Positions 10,161-21,190 of a DNA stretch of 64,000 bases are shown one piece after another (position 1 is the stretch's first letter; each line of letters begins with the position of its first letter). Origin of the DNA: Paraphysomonas bandaiensis (lineage: Eukaryota; Protista; Chrysophyceae); NCBI GenBank assembly GCA_965644295.1, contig CBFFRP010000211.1, positions 1 through 64,000 on the forward strand, written 5' to 3'. Made by a program: the position numbers and the translations under genes. The notes under the pieces are model-generated. The model worked only from the letters and a program-made list of their open reading frames with translations. It was not told where the DNA came from and ran no database searches.

Positions 10161-12180
10161 ATGCTACCAGAGGTTTCATTATCAAGTGATCAGATTGTTC
10201 CTATGGAGTTGGATGAAGCCCTCGCCTCTATTCCTCTGGGATTCTTCCACTACAGACTATTGCTGATATGTGGGTTGTCTTTCATCGCTGATGGCATGGT
10301 GAGTGTACCTGTCCTGTCACTGGTGGACGATATGATTCACTGCACGTCAGTATTATGCTCATATTTTGGACAGGAAATTTCTCTTATATTCTTCATATCC
10401 ACATGCGCTGGAGAAGACTGGGGACTGTCTGATAATGAAATCGCGCTTATAGCTAGCGTTGTTTTCTGTGGATTACTCATTGGTACTTTTTGTTGGGGTA
10501 AGTTATGCCAAATGTTATCGATATGGTAGTCATTGTACTAGGCCCGTTGGCGGATGCTTATGGAAGAAGGACTGTGTTTATTGCAGGTATGTAATAGTAA
10601 TAGGTTTTACTATGTACTGTCATTATAGTGCTGATAGCCTTGGTATTATAGTGGTCCGCTCCTATGGATGCTCCGCTTGAATTATAGATTCAAATTTGCC
10701 TTACCTGCTTCAATGTTATTTAGGAAGTGTGCTGATCTCAGTCGCTGGGTTCTTGAGTGGCTGCTCTCCCAACTACCTCAGCCTACTTGTACTTCGTGCG
10801 GCGGTTGGATTTGGTTTAGGGAGTTCTTCTGTACCATTTGACCTTCTAGCCGAATTCTGCCCTGCATCTTACAGAGGATCATTTTTGATTTACATTGAGT
10901 ATTTCTGGACATTAGGATCAGTACTTGTCGCGGGTTCTGCCTGGGCATTACTCGGCGATTACAGCTGGCGCATGCTGACATATATCACTGCCATACCTGT
11001 CAGTCTATCCTGCCTTGGCTCTATCCCTGTGTTGCCTGAGAGTCCGAGGTGGCTACTTACTCAAGGGCGAGTGCAAGATGCGGAAGCAGTGATTCGGAAA
11101 GCGTCGGAAATTAATTCTACTCCACTTCCAGTATTTAAATTGAAGCCCATTCACACAGTAATAGCTAATAAATACGGTACTTTTTTTCACTTAGCCGAAA
11201 CTATTTTGCTATGAGATTGCTAACTAGTTCTGCAGATGAGAAGTATTCAAGCGAGGGATCTGCCGTCCATGCAATCACTGCTCTGTGCACACTATCAAAC
11301 CTCAAGTTAGCGCTACCCATGTGGACGGTGTGGCTGTGTTTTGGTGCTAGTTACTATGGCACTATTCTCTTCAATGGGCTGGTAATGGAGAATAACAATG
11401 ATGACAGTGTCTCATGCTCTTTCAACTACTCCTCCATTTTTGTATCCGCTGCCTCAGAGGTAGTCGGATGTAGCATTGTCGTTCTCATTATCGATCGTTG
11501 GGGAAGAGTGGGATCACAGTTCTTTCTGTACGTAACTGGGGCCATAGGTATAGTGAAATCTGTATGGAGACACATGTGGTTAATGGCATCTCTATTTTAG
11601 GAGCTCTTTTAATGGGGTTTACCACTAACTCACAGTCTCTGTTCACTGTGTGGTCGATATGTGCTCGTCTTGGGGTATTCGCTGCCTCTGCTGGCACGTG
11701 GGTTCATACGCCTGAGCTGTTTCGTACAGAAATGAGGGCTACAGGACACGCTGTGTCGAATGCATCGGCGCAAATAGGGTCTGCGGTGGTTCCTTTTATG
11801 GTGTATCGTTTGAGAGCCAGAGGTACGGTTTCAGCGCTACTGGTTATGGTAATACAAAGCTTTAATTTGTTGACATAGGCATTGGTGTATTTCTGGCGGC
11901 ACTGAACGTTATTAGTGCTGTATGCGTAGTACTTCTCCCTGAAACTTCTAGAAATAACTTGGACGAGGTGAGATACTATGTGACAAGCTATGCCTCGCGT
12001 GACTGCTGTGTTTTCCCTTAATTTTATGCACAGGAAATAGAGCGACTCAGCTTGGGTGATATTATGGAGCGTGTCGGCTCCAAATCTTTTAGTAATAGAT
12101 TCATTAGTGAGCATGACCTGTCATTGGAAGACGCTCTGATGCGGCCTGGAGAAAAGTGTAGCAGTGATGTTCAGAAATGA
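10161..12180 (+). CDS. MFS transporter, SV2/SVOP-like (multi-exon)
   Basis: LADAYGRR, PESPRWL, IDRWGR and TPELFRTEMRATG motifs over several exons. Confidence 0.88.
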
Positions 12181-13251
12181 ACACAATTTCCGCAACATAT
12201 AGAATACTAAATGTCTCATGTATTATGATACCGTGTAAGCCTGCCTTTATTCTGAGCACTTGTAAATATGTCGAAAAGTAAACTATGAACTCTTAATATC
12301 GATTTGACGATGTGTTTGTAGTGCCTGTACATTGCTATCAACATTGTCAGCTAAGCTCTGTATTGTGGTAGAACTACGTGCTGGTAGGTTCATCGAATTC
12401 TAATCCCCTAGTCGACCACAACTAACACTCTGTGGTCAAGGTTTAAGAAGTAGTAGCTAGAGTAATGTTGAGTAAGTGTACAAATCTATGTGGTATTTAC
12501 TTAAAGCAGTATTGGTTTATGCCCTATCCGTAGAGTTGTAACAATAATAGCTTTGAGTATGTACCAGATTGGTCGTATAAAACTAAAACCAAATAAGTAA
12601 AATATGTACAACCAACATAATTTAAAATCAGTACTGTCAAGAAGAAAATACGTTAGGGAGAAGGGCTAAGACATTGCAATCGTACATAGTACAGTGTCAA
12701 TATACTTCATTCGCGAGAAGTAATGGTAGACATGTGTGATACGAGATAGGAATCACATAGTATACTGTACACACTGCTCTGCGCTCCAATGTATTCAACT
12801 TCACCTCATATTGGGGGAACTGATCAATTTATTAGTAACCAGCAGCGAGAGCTCTGTGCTGATTGCACCTTTCCAAATAGAAATATGAGACATCACTGGA
12901 CTGCTGGATATACCAATCATTTCTTACCAATCGAACATACCTCTGGGTGATTGGCCCACATGAAGGTGTTTTGCAATTCTTCTTTTCTTAATATATTTGA
13001 TACTGATTTCGGATTTGTTTCCAAAAATCTCTACTTTGTATAGATGGGCATTGTTTTTTATGTGTCAGCCGAACAAAAAGTAGGGTTTTATAGACATTTC
13101 AATATTTGAAATGTACAGCACATCATCATATGAGATCTGCTGTACAGCCCACTGAACAGCACTTCGCAGTGAGCCCACGACATATACACATATATATACA
13201 AGACCCCGTCCCTTCATGCTTGTAGAGGTGGTGAAGTGAATCACTTGCATC

Positions 13252-15623
13252 ATGCAGCAGAGTTTGAAATCATTCTTTTCAAGTGACTCAAAGGATAAGA
13301 GGAGTGAGTCCTCGAGACAGTCATGGGCAGCTCCTCAGCACATGAGAGGCGCTGCAGGTATATATATATATATACAGTCATATGAGTAGATGAGCTCATT
13401 GTTATGATACAGATAGAGGTTCAGCGACTAAGAGGAGTCGTTCCGGTCATAAGCAGAGCCCCTCTACACACAGGAGTGAGAGTAGTAATGCGGAAGCTCG
13501 TTGCATCGACACGTACAAACAGATCACACTCTCATATCGGCAGCGTGCTGTTATAGAGGCGATAATGTCAAGAAAAACTGTTTTCTTTACTGGTGCAGCA
13601 GGCACAGGTACTCATGTTTCGTGACGTCTCTATTGTTCGTAATATGAATCCAGGGAAGTCACATATTCTCAATATTCTCCGAGATACTGCAGAGGTTTTA
13701 GGAATTTCGGACAAGATAGCTTTTACGGCTCCCACTGGGGTGGCTGCGTGCAATATTCGTGGCCTAACGCTGCATTCCTGGTCGGGGATTGGACTTGGAA
13801 CAGAACCGCTGGAGCGTTTGGCTGCTCAGGTTTGAGGTTAACACTGTTACGTGTAGATCATTAATTTACCATTCTAAAATAGGTAGCCCGTAGTTCTAAA
13901 CATCGTAATCGGTGGCTTGATACACAAATCCTTGTGATCGACGAAATCAGCATGTTATCCGCCGAGCTCTTTGACGTGCTCTCCAAAATAGGATCCCGTG
14001 TTCGCGGTAACTCATTGCCATTTGGGGGTTTACAGCTGGTACTATGCGGAGACTTCTTCCAGCTTCCACCTATTGGCTTAGGTCGAGGAAAGCGCCTCTG
14101 TTTTCGGGCGGAGAGTTGGTCACGCCTTTTCTCGGATGACGGTACGGGATCAGTTGTGTTACTGCGAGACGTATTCCGACAAAAGGAAAGACATTTCCTG
14201 AACGTATTGCATGAACTGCGTCGCGGGGAGCTGTCAAAGCAAACAATGCAACTACTTTCAGATAAGGTAATAGAAGGTAAACACGAAGAAACAACTAAAG
14301 AAGGAGTAGCGACCAAACTCTTTGGAACGAACCGTGATGTCCACGACACGAACACCTCCGAGCTAGCGAAATTAGAGTCAGAAAGTATCGAATTCAACTG
14401 CCGAGACTGGGGGGAAGATAGGTACCTGAAACAGTTACGTGGGGGTACTAAGTTTCCTGATTCATTGGAGCTGAAGGTAGGTGCCGAAGTGATGCTGCTC
14501 AAGAATCTCAGTGTCGAAAGGGGCCTTGTCAATGGGGCTCGAGGGGTTGTGAAAGGATTCGAGTGGAGCCGAGGTAGGTCGGAGGTGTTCGACCATTTAC
14601 CAGAAGTTGAGTTCAGAGTGCGACTGGGAGATGGAGAAATGTCCTATGAAACCATGGTAATCAAAGAGGAGGTGACCGATATTCAGAATGGAGGGAGGTG
14701 AGGATTGTTTCTGTGTGTGTGTTTTTTAAAAGCCCTTCATGCAGAGTACTTGCCACCCGGACCCAGCTACCGCTGATGCTGGCCTATGCAATTACTATTC
14801 ACAAAAGTCAAGGAATGACAATACCTAACCTCGAAGTATCTTTCAAGGGAATGTTTGAATATGGGCAGGCGTACGTTGCTCTTTCTAGGGCGACGGATCT
14901 TGAGGGTCTCCGTCTCTCTAGCTTTGACCCTCGAACTGTACGTGCACTTCCTGAAGTAAGGATGTTCTACGCCTCCCTTGAAAGTGCTGAGAAAAGGAAT
15001 GTGGAAGGGGATGAAAAGCGCTGTACGACGTCTATATCTGACCTGAGTGCGCTCTATCGGTCTTCACCGAACCCCTCTTTCGCTGACCCAGGGGTTGATG
15101 AAGAAGGTTGGATATCCAAAAAGAGCAAACCTAGTATCACTAGCAGCAGTGTAGTGGCGTATGATGATTTTATGGATACCCCTGTAGATGTTGGAAGGTA
15201 TAAAGTGACCAATGAAAGCATTGGTACGAGTATGCGCGATTGTCTACCTGTCAGCCAGGAGAAACCACCACCGAAATTACGGTCGTCCTGGGATGCACGT
15301 GAGACTACCACACAATCCCACCTGCGGTCGATTGATCCCAATAGATCTATTGGGATTGCTTGTACGTTTTCGACTGCCTCTAATATGGAGAGTGCAACTT
15401 TGCATACGGATTCTAGAGGAAGCGCCAGCTCTGAGAGCCTCTCGCTAGATCAAAAGAGGTACTTGAATGATTTATATATACGGTTAAATGTAACCAATAT
15501 CTGATCAGAAAAATTGAGGAGAACCGACAGGCAGCAATGCAGAAACTCAAGAAGAGCAGAGAGGAAAGGAATTTAGAGATGGAGAAGCTGTTGTCGGCTT
15601 CTTCTCCCCTAGGCATGCTGTAG
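13252..15623 (+). CDS. PIF1: Pif1-family ATP-dependent DNA helicase (multi-exon)
   Basis: FFTGAAGTGKS (split by an intron), TAPTGVAA, IDEISM, GDFFQLPP, VFRQ, AITIHKSQG, YVALSR. Confidence 0.92.
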
Positions 15624-16274
15624 CATTGTATATATAAGTTTCATAATTATTGATTATTCGTGTTCCTGCGTGGTGTATGTAAATGGTAGGGATATTATGA
15701 AGGCGATAAGTTCTTATTTTCATAGAGATAGAATACCACTTTTTGTAACATCAATTCCACTGCGTTCATATAGCGTTTCTACTTGTGTTAACAGTTATAA
15801 CAGCATATGCGCACAGTCGTAGGTGTCTTATCGAGATATAATTTGGATACAAGTGTCAAGCTGATGATAAATATTCATAATATCAACCCTAAACTATATA
15901 TATTATTTGAATAAACAAAAATTAGCATAACCATATTTCTTGTAGTCAGCTTTATTTACAAAACTGTGGTCATCTTCCAAGTTCCAAGTCACCAGTTAAC
16001 AATCGAGTCAGGCTTGCAAGTTCCTAAACCTTTGCTGGCAAGATGATCAATTGCTAAAGTGCAGGAGAACCTATGATGTCGAAACATAGTGCAAAAGGAA
16101 TTTGTTACAAGGGGCGTTCTTAATCTCAATTAAAGAAAGTGTTGTGTCTCCAGGATTGTTTCCAGTACACTTCAACTTGATTTTTTACAGCAACTACTAT
16201 GACATAATAAATGTATCTTTCCTTGACTCCTTGCACGTTAATTACGAAGTATCAGCACATTATAGTTACACTGG

Positions 16275-16573
16275 TATAAAGATATGGAATTTGGTTAAGA
16301 ACATTCCTTTGCCCTGATAAAGTTGCTGCTATAATTGGTACTAAGGTGTAACACATTTACCTCGGTAGTTGCATATTGCCTAATATAAATGTGAGCTTGA
16401 ATATCATATTTTGATAAATTTCAGTTATTACATATAGGATAAGAGTAGTCCATCAAGATGCAGTAATATATGAAGACACAAATAGGAATAAGTGCATGCG
16501 CGATAATAATTATACTTCGTAATTTATAAATTAGGGTAGTATAGCCAAGTTCGTCAAGTAACACGCTATTGCT
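16275..16573 (+). repeat. 299-bp direct repeat, left copy (apparent long target-site duplication)
   Basis: Matches 18601-18899 with 4 mismatches seen by eye. Confidence 0.92.
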
Positions 16574-18158
16574 TGTTATCCGCACATTAGGACTGGATGA
16601 TGTAAACGCGGATACCTACCAGGCAATCTTCACGGACGGCTCATACACGCCTACAGCCCTATCCCCGCGCCGCATTACGCATGTACAACCCCGCACAAGA
16701 TGGACACATTATGGAGGAGCGGCGGCAGTCTGGCTTCCCCCGGAGGATGAATGGAAGACCGGTACAACAAAAATACTGCGATTAGAGACACCCTTCAGCG
16801 ACGTGCCTGGACTTGGCCCGTATGCATACGAACTCATAGGAGCAGCAATAGCGCTTATACTGTCTGCGCGACTCCCTTCACACATACCGATAAACACGGA
16901 CTGTAAGGCCGTCTGCATACGCACACACGAAGCGCTTTCCACCAGACGTCGGGCACTGGGGCATCGTGCCAAAGGTGTACTGCTCGAAAGCATCGCAGCA
17001 CATAACGATTGTACAAGAAGGACAGTAGCATGGGTACGATCACACCCCGAACGACGTACCTCTGATGAGTCTGAATGGACATATGAAGACAAAGGAATTT
17101 ACATTGACGACGCAGTAGCAGGAGAGGACTGGCTTGAGGTAGATAGACTACTCGGAAGACAAAATTACACTGTCTGTAACATAGAAGTGGACCAAGCCAT
17201 TGAGAGAATACTCACCGAGGGCTTATGGCACTGGCGCATAACTGGGGAACGACGGCCGTATCGCACTAGCCCCCTGCTTACGGATTTCCAATCCCTCCGC
17301 AATCAACGGACGCTGGAGGCCTACACAGCCCTCAGAGACCAACGCTACGGTCACAATCCTGACCGGGCTCCTGGATACTGGAAAGACAGCGGAGCACTAC
17401 TTCCGCACAATCTGGCGCAAGCAGATGGTGGACCATCAAAGGACAAAGTGAGTTCCCAACTGCGCCAGCGAGTACTCAATGCAGCACTGACATGGGACAA
17501 ATCCTTCAGCATAGGAAGAAACCGGGCGAAAACCAAACACGGACTCGACATGGCTAAAGCCGCATGTGCTGACTGCGGATTTAGACTAGACTCACTCAAG
17601 CATATGTGTCTAGACTGTACAAATAACGCCATAACGCAGATAAGGGAGTCTGCATTTCACAGCCACAAAAACGCGCTTCAAGGAGAACTGAGAAATCCGG
17701 AACTACCCCCCCAATGGACCACCACTGTACTCCAGCGGCTCTCCAGCAGGGCCTGGAACCCTTCCGTGCCACAGGTGGAGAGATTCTGGACGGGTACCAT
17801 CACAACTATACAGCTTGAAATGGTTTTTGGAGATCACATCCATGAGTCACTGACATCCCAAGGACTGCGCAGCATCGAATCAGCGGTCATCAGGTTACTT
17901 CTACCGCTTTTCGCTGCAGCGAAGCTAATGATCCAAGATCGAAGTAGAAGATACGTTACCCTACAGAAAGGTCCCCCAAGGCTACTACCGCGGCCGCGTC
18001 CAAAAACACAGACAGAAATGGAAACGCCTAAGGGTGCTAAGATTACTAGGAATCCACAGACGAACCGAGACTGGAACACCGCCCCCCGCACATATGAACC
18101 CCACCAACCATACGCAAAGGACCATAGCACCGGACCGTATGAAACCATCAGGCCCTAG
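16569..18158 (+). CDS. C-terminal part of retroelement ORF (RNase H, Zn finger); RT and endonuclease missing
   Basis: 529-aa open frame; the TTG start lies in the flanking repeat and is not a real start. Confidence 0.75.
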   Translation: MLVIRTLGLDDVNADTYQAIFTDGSYTPTALSPRRITHVQPRTRWTHYGGAAAVWLPPEDEWKTGTTKILRLETPFSDVPGLGPYAYELIGAAIALILSARLPSHIPINTDCKAVCIRTHEALSTRRRALGHRAKGVLLESIAAHNDCTRRTVAWVRSHPERRTSDESEWTYEDKGIYIDDAVAGEDWLEVDRLLGRQNYTVCNIEVDQAIERILTEGLWHWRITGERRPYRTSPLLTDFQSLRNQRTLEAYTALRDQRYGHNPDRAPGYWKDSGALLPHNLAQADGGPSKDKVSSQLRQRVLNAALTWDKSFSIGRNRAKTKHGLDMAKAACADCGFRLDSLKHMCLDCTNNAITQIRESAFHSHKNALQGELRNPELPPQWTTTVLQRLSSRAWNPSVPQVERFWTGTITTIQLEMVFGDHIHESLTSQGLRSIESAVIRLLLPLFAAAKLMIQDRSRRYVTLQKGPPRLLPRPRPKTQTEMETPKGAKITRNPQTNRDWNTAPRTYEPHQPYAKDHSTGPYETIRP

Positions 18159-18600
18159 ACAACGGCGACGACGTCTCCGGCAACTCCACCTATGCCTAAC
18201 GCCCAGACGGTGCACGGCGACACCGCCACACTCCACCACACCGTCAACCTCTCAGCACACACACCTAGTGCTCGGTACACTCAGGACCTTAATACAGAAC
18301 CCTGTACTTCAGAGCCAGGCGGAACCTTATCCCAAGGGGAGACCCCCGGACAACACGCGCCAGTGAGTCCTCAGACACACGAGCAGGGCGAAACTCACAA
18401 ACAACATTAAGAACGGAAGTGGTTGCACCTTGGTGCTTGCGGCGACGCACAAGCAGCTTCTGTAGCGCTAAATAGTAGGATAATAGAATTTGTGCTGATT
18501 AGTTATGAGTAGAGGTCTAGCTAGTTGATCTAGCATTCAACTAGCCACTATATCGGAACGAGTTTTTAACGCCTATTGCTAAATAAAAAGACCTTCAATA
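16574..18600 (+). mobile_element. 5'-truncated non-LTR retrotransposon (RNase H + CCHC Zn finger + 3' UTR)
   Basis: GC-richer than flanks; RNase H motifs FTDGS, AYEL, NTDCK, WVRSH; CADCG..HMCLDC; 3' end AATAAAAAGACCTTCAATA shared with the copy at 3525-3737. Confidence 0.8.
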
Positions 18601-18899
18601 TATAAAGATATGGAATTTGGTTAAGAACATTCCTTTGCCCTGAAAAAGTTGTTGCTATAATTGGTACTAAGGTGTAACACATTTACCTCGGTAGTTGCAT
18701 ATTGCCTAATATAAATGTGAGCTTGAATATCATATTTTGATAAATTTCAGTTATTACATATAGGATAAGAGTAGTCCATCAAGATGCAGTAATATATGAT
18801 GACACAAATAGGAATAAGTGCATGCACGATAATAATTATACTTCGTAATTTATAAATTAGGGTAGTATAGCCAAGTTCGTCAAGTAACACGCTATTGCT
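18601..18899 (+). repeat. 299-bp direct repeat, right copy
   Basis: Matches 16275-16573; ends about 60 bp from the stop codon of the ankyrin gene. Confidence 0.92.
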
Positions 18900-18959
18900 A
18901 TCGCGTAGTAAAAAAAACTTCTACTATTACTATTTCCGAAATTATTTGCAAAGAATCAG

Positions 18960-20960
18960 CTATGCAAATGATTTCTGTCTAGTGAAGGCAATATATACTA
19001 TTGAAATAGGGAAAAGGAGCATTGGAAGCACAGTCCCGGACAGCAACAATACCGTCCAGATTCCTCCATCTCCACGGATCATTGCCAGAAGCGGATCCAA
19101 AACATGATCCACATACGCATCAGCGCACACAAGATACATTACCCAAGTCAAAGAAAGAAGGGTCACAGTAGTAAATCTGGTAGCACCTATGATGAGTGAC
19201 AGGACTGGTGACGAACGGTGACTGATATTGACAACGAGAATAAGAACGACGACGGCGAAAAGAGATGCTACCGTTGAAAAAAAAGTTAGAAGCAATAGGT
19301 CCACCATACCTACATGAGAATGAGGCGCCGTCCAGCATTCCCACTTCCCGCCAAATACACGGCTACGCTCTGACTCCCCACTAGTACACTCCTCGTTGCA
19401 AACTTCACCTATCGCGGAGGTAAAAAAGTTTGAAGTTCTCAACCACAACACTGCCGCTCCATACAACACTAAAAAAATGGCCACCTCGACGAGAAGGCCG
19501 ATGGGCACACTACCTAAAGGTTTCTTTTCTACAGAAGTAGCAGTGTGTACACGGTCATGAGAGACCTCTGGGACTTTTTCCGGTGAGGAAACAGATGGAC
19601 TTGGGGGCTCCGGCGTTACCGAATTTGTAGATGAGAAGGATGTCACACAGGAAGGACCTGGTTCCTCTCCCGACTCCTCCTCCTCAAGTAGATTTATAGA
19701 ACGCTCTGGTCGTTCCCACGATCCCCCTGCAGCACCGACAGGAGAACTATATTTCTGCCTTACATTCGGTCGCATTGACACGTCGCGAGAAGCCTGCTCA
19801 GATAGATTCCTGCGAGCAACATAACCTCTAGCAACCCGTTGAATAATCATTACGGCACTTAAACCAATATTGAATCGCCGCCTGAGGGATACACCTCGGT
19901 ACAATGCCTGAATCATAACCGCGGCGTCATCTCGCCATGAGCTCATAGAAGTTTCCACTGGCATGGCTCGCTTTGGGTGTGGTTTTCTGGGGGGGCGATA
20001 GGAGTGTCGGGACATGCGTGAATCAGGTTGTGGTTCAGATTTTCGTGCGTGAGGATGCAATTCCCTCCACCACTGCTGCAGGTAAACAGCAGCGTTGATC
20101 TCCTCAGGGTCGGGATCACACATATCCCGCACAGGACTTTGTTTGGGATTCGACGAAAGCAGCAGCAGTAAAGCATCTGACGGCTCTTTCATGCGACTCT
20201 GTACGTACTCCACAGGAGTGGTGCCAGTCCCATCCGGTAAATTTACACCCTCAGGGAAAGCCATCACCAGCATCCGGATGATGGAGTAGCTTGCGGAACC
20301 CATGACGGCGAGATGCAGCGGTAAGTACCCAGCCTTGTCTCTGCAACTGGCAGCTTGTGGGTCTGCGCGAAGCAAACACTGTACCAGCCTCAAGCACGGT
20401 GATGGCGTAAACTGAACAGCGTGATGTAAAGGCATCTGGTCGTCGGAGTCTTTGTGCTTAACCGACTTCGGGTACATCTCCACCAGTTGACGACAGAAGG
20501 TGACTCTGTTCATCATAGACAGGTTGCTGCGGTTGCTGCAAGCCAAGTGCAGTGGCGTATAGTTATCTCCATTCCTTTCCCCAACGGACTTGGACCGCGT
20601 GTTGAGCACATAGAGTAGGTCGCATATATTCGGCTGAGGGCTGCTTAACTCATCAATTAAAGAACACTTGGAAGTCCTATAGCGGCGGGGCAGTTTCGAC
20701 AGAGTGAACGGGGAGGGAAGTCTACGCCTAGGGCGCAGCTTGATAATTCCTTTGGGTCTAGCATTTGGTGATGAAGTGGTGTGTAAGGGATTCTTTGGCG
20801 CACCACTAGCAGCGCTAGTTGAGCTGTGTGCAGTATATGATGATGATACAGGGGGGCTGATGGGGCTGGAGGACTTTGACGGAGACATGATTGCACTCTT
20901 AATGCTGGGACGAGCCGGAGCTCTTCGTTTAGAGAGTAAATTACTGCTTGATGAGCTCAT
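18960..20960 (-). CDS. Ankyrin-repeat / IQ-motif protein with C-terminal TM helices
   Basis: TPLHLAC, MPLHHAV, LPLHLAV ankyrin cores; LQQWWR, IQALYRG and IQRVARG IQ motifs; about four hydrophobic segments; first ATG at 20960. Confidence 0.8.
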   Translation of the reverse strand: MSSSSSNLLSKRRAPARPSIKSAIMSPSKSSSPISPPVSSSYTAHSSTSAASGAPKNPLHTTSSPNARPKGIIKLRPRRRLPSPFTLSKLPRRYRTSKCSLIDELSSPQPNICDLLYVLNTRSKSVGERNGDNYTPLHLACSNRSNLSMMNRVTFCRQLVEMYPKSVKHKDSDDQMPLHHAVQFTPSPCLRLVQCLLRADPQAASCRDKAGYLPLHLAVMGSASYSIIRMLVMAFPEGVNLPDGTGTTPVEYVQSRMKEPSDALLLLLSSNPKQSPVRDMCDPDPEEINAAVYLQQWWRELHPHARKSEPQPDSRMSRHSYRPPRKPHPKRAMPVETSMSSWRDDAAVMIQALYRGVSLRRRFNIGLSAVMIIQRVARGYVARRNLSEQASRDVSMRPNVRQKYSSPVGAAGGSWERPERSINLLEEEESGEEPGPSCVTSFSSTNSVTPEPPSPSVSSPEKVPEVSHDRVHTATSVEKKPLGSVPIGLLVEVAIFLVLYGAAVLWLRTSNFFTSAIGEVCNEECTSGESERSRVFGGKWECWTAPHSHVGMVDLLLLTFFSTVASLFAVVVLILVVNISHRSSPVLSLIIGATRFTTVTLLSLTWVMYLVCADAYVDHVLDPLLAMIRGDGGIWTVLLLSGTVLPMLLFPISIVYIAFTRQKSFA

Positions 20961-21190
20961 AGTAGTGGCTGTGTGTGATGAGAGGCTCAGATACACACAC
21001 AGAGACACTGACACTGACAGCTGATGTTAATGATGAAGAGGGGGTGGAGCAATAGGCTGAGGCTCAGTGTGATAGATAAGATCTCGAGAGATCCAGGGTC
21101 ATGATAGTGCCCGTGTAGCTGAGAGCATGTTATTATATGAGGAGAGCAGAGATGTCAGGCAGGATATGCCGCACTCCACACTACTCTATA

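Noticed and set aside
13252-15623. Helitron or viral origin of the Pif1 helicase
   Set aside because: Intron-rich, host-like composition, no Rep/HUH domain or Helitron ends seen.
18500-18560. Conserved RNA stem or ribozyme in the LINE 3' UTR (GCTAGTTGA...TCAACTAGC)
   Set aside because: The stem is broken without compensation in the second copy and no hammerhead core (CUGANGA...GAAA) is present.
16275-18899. LTR retrotransposon or TRIM reading of the 299-bp repeats
   Set aside because: No TG...CA, PBS, PPT or outer TSD; the internal domains are non-LTR type and the sibling copy lacks the repeat.
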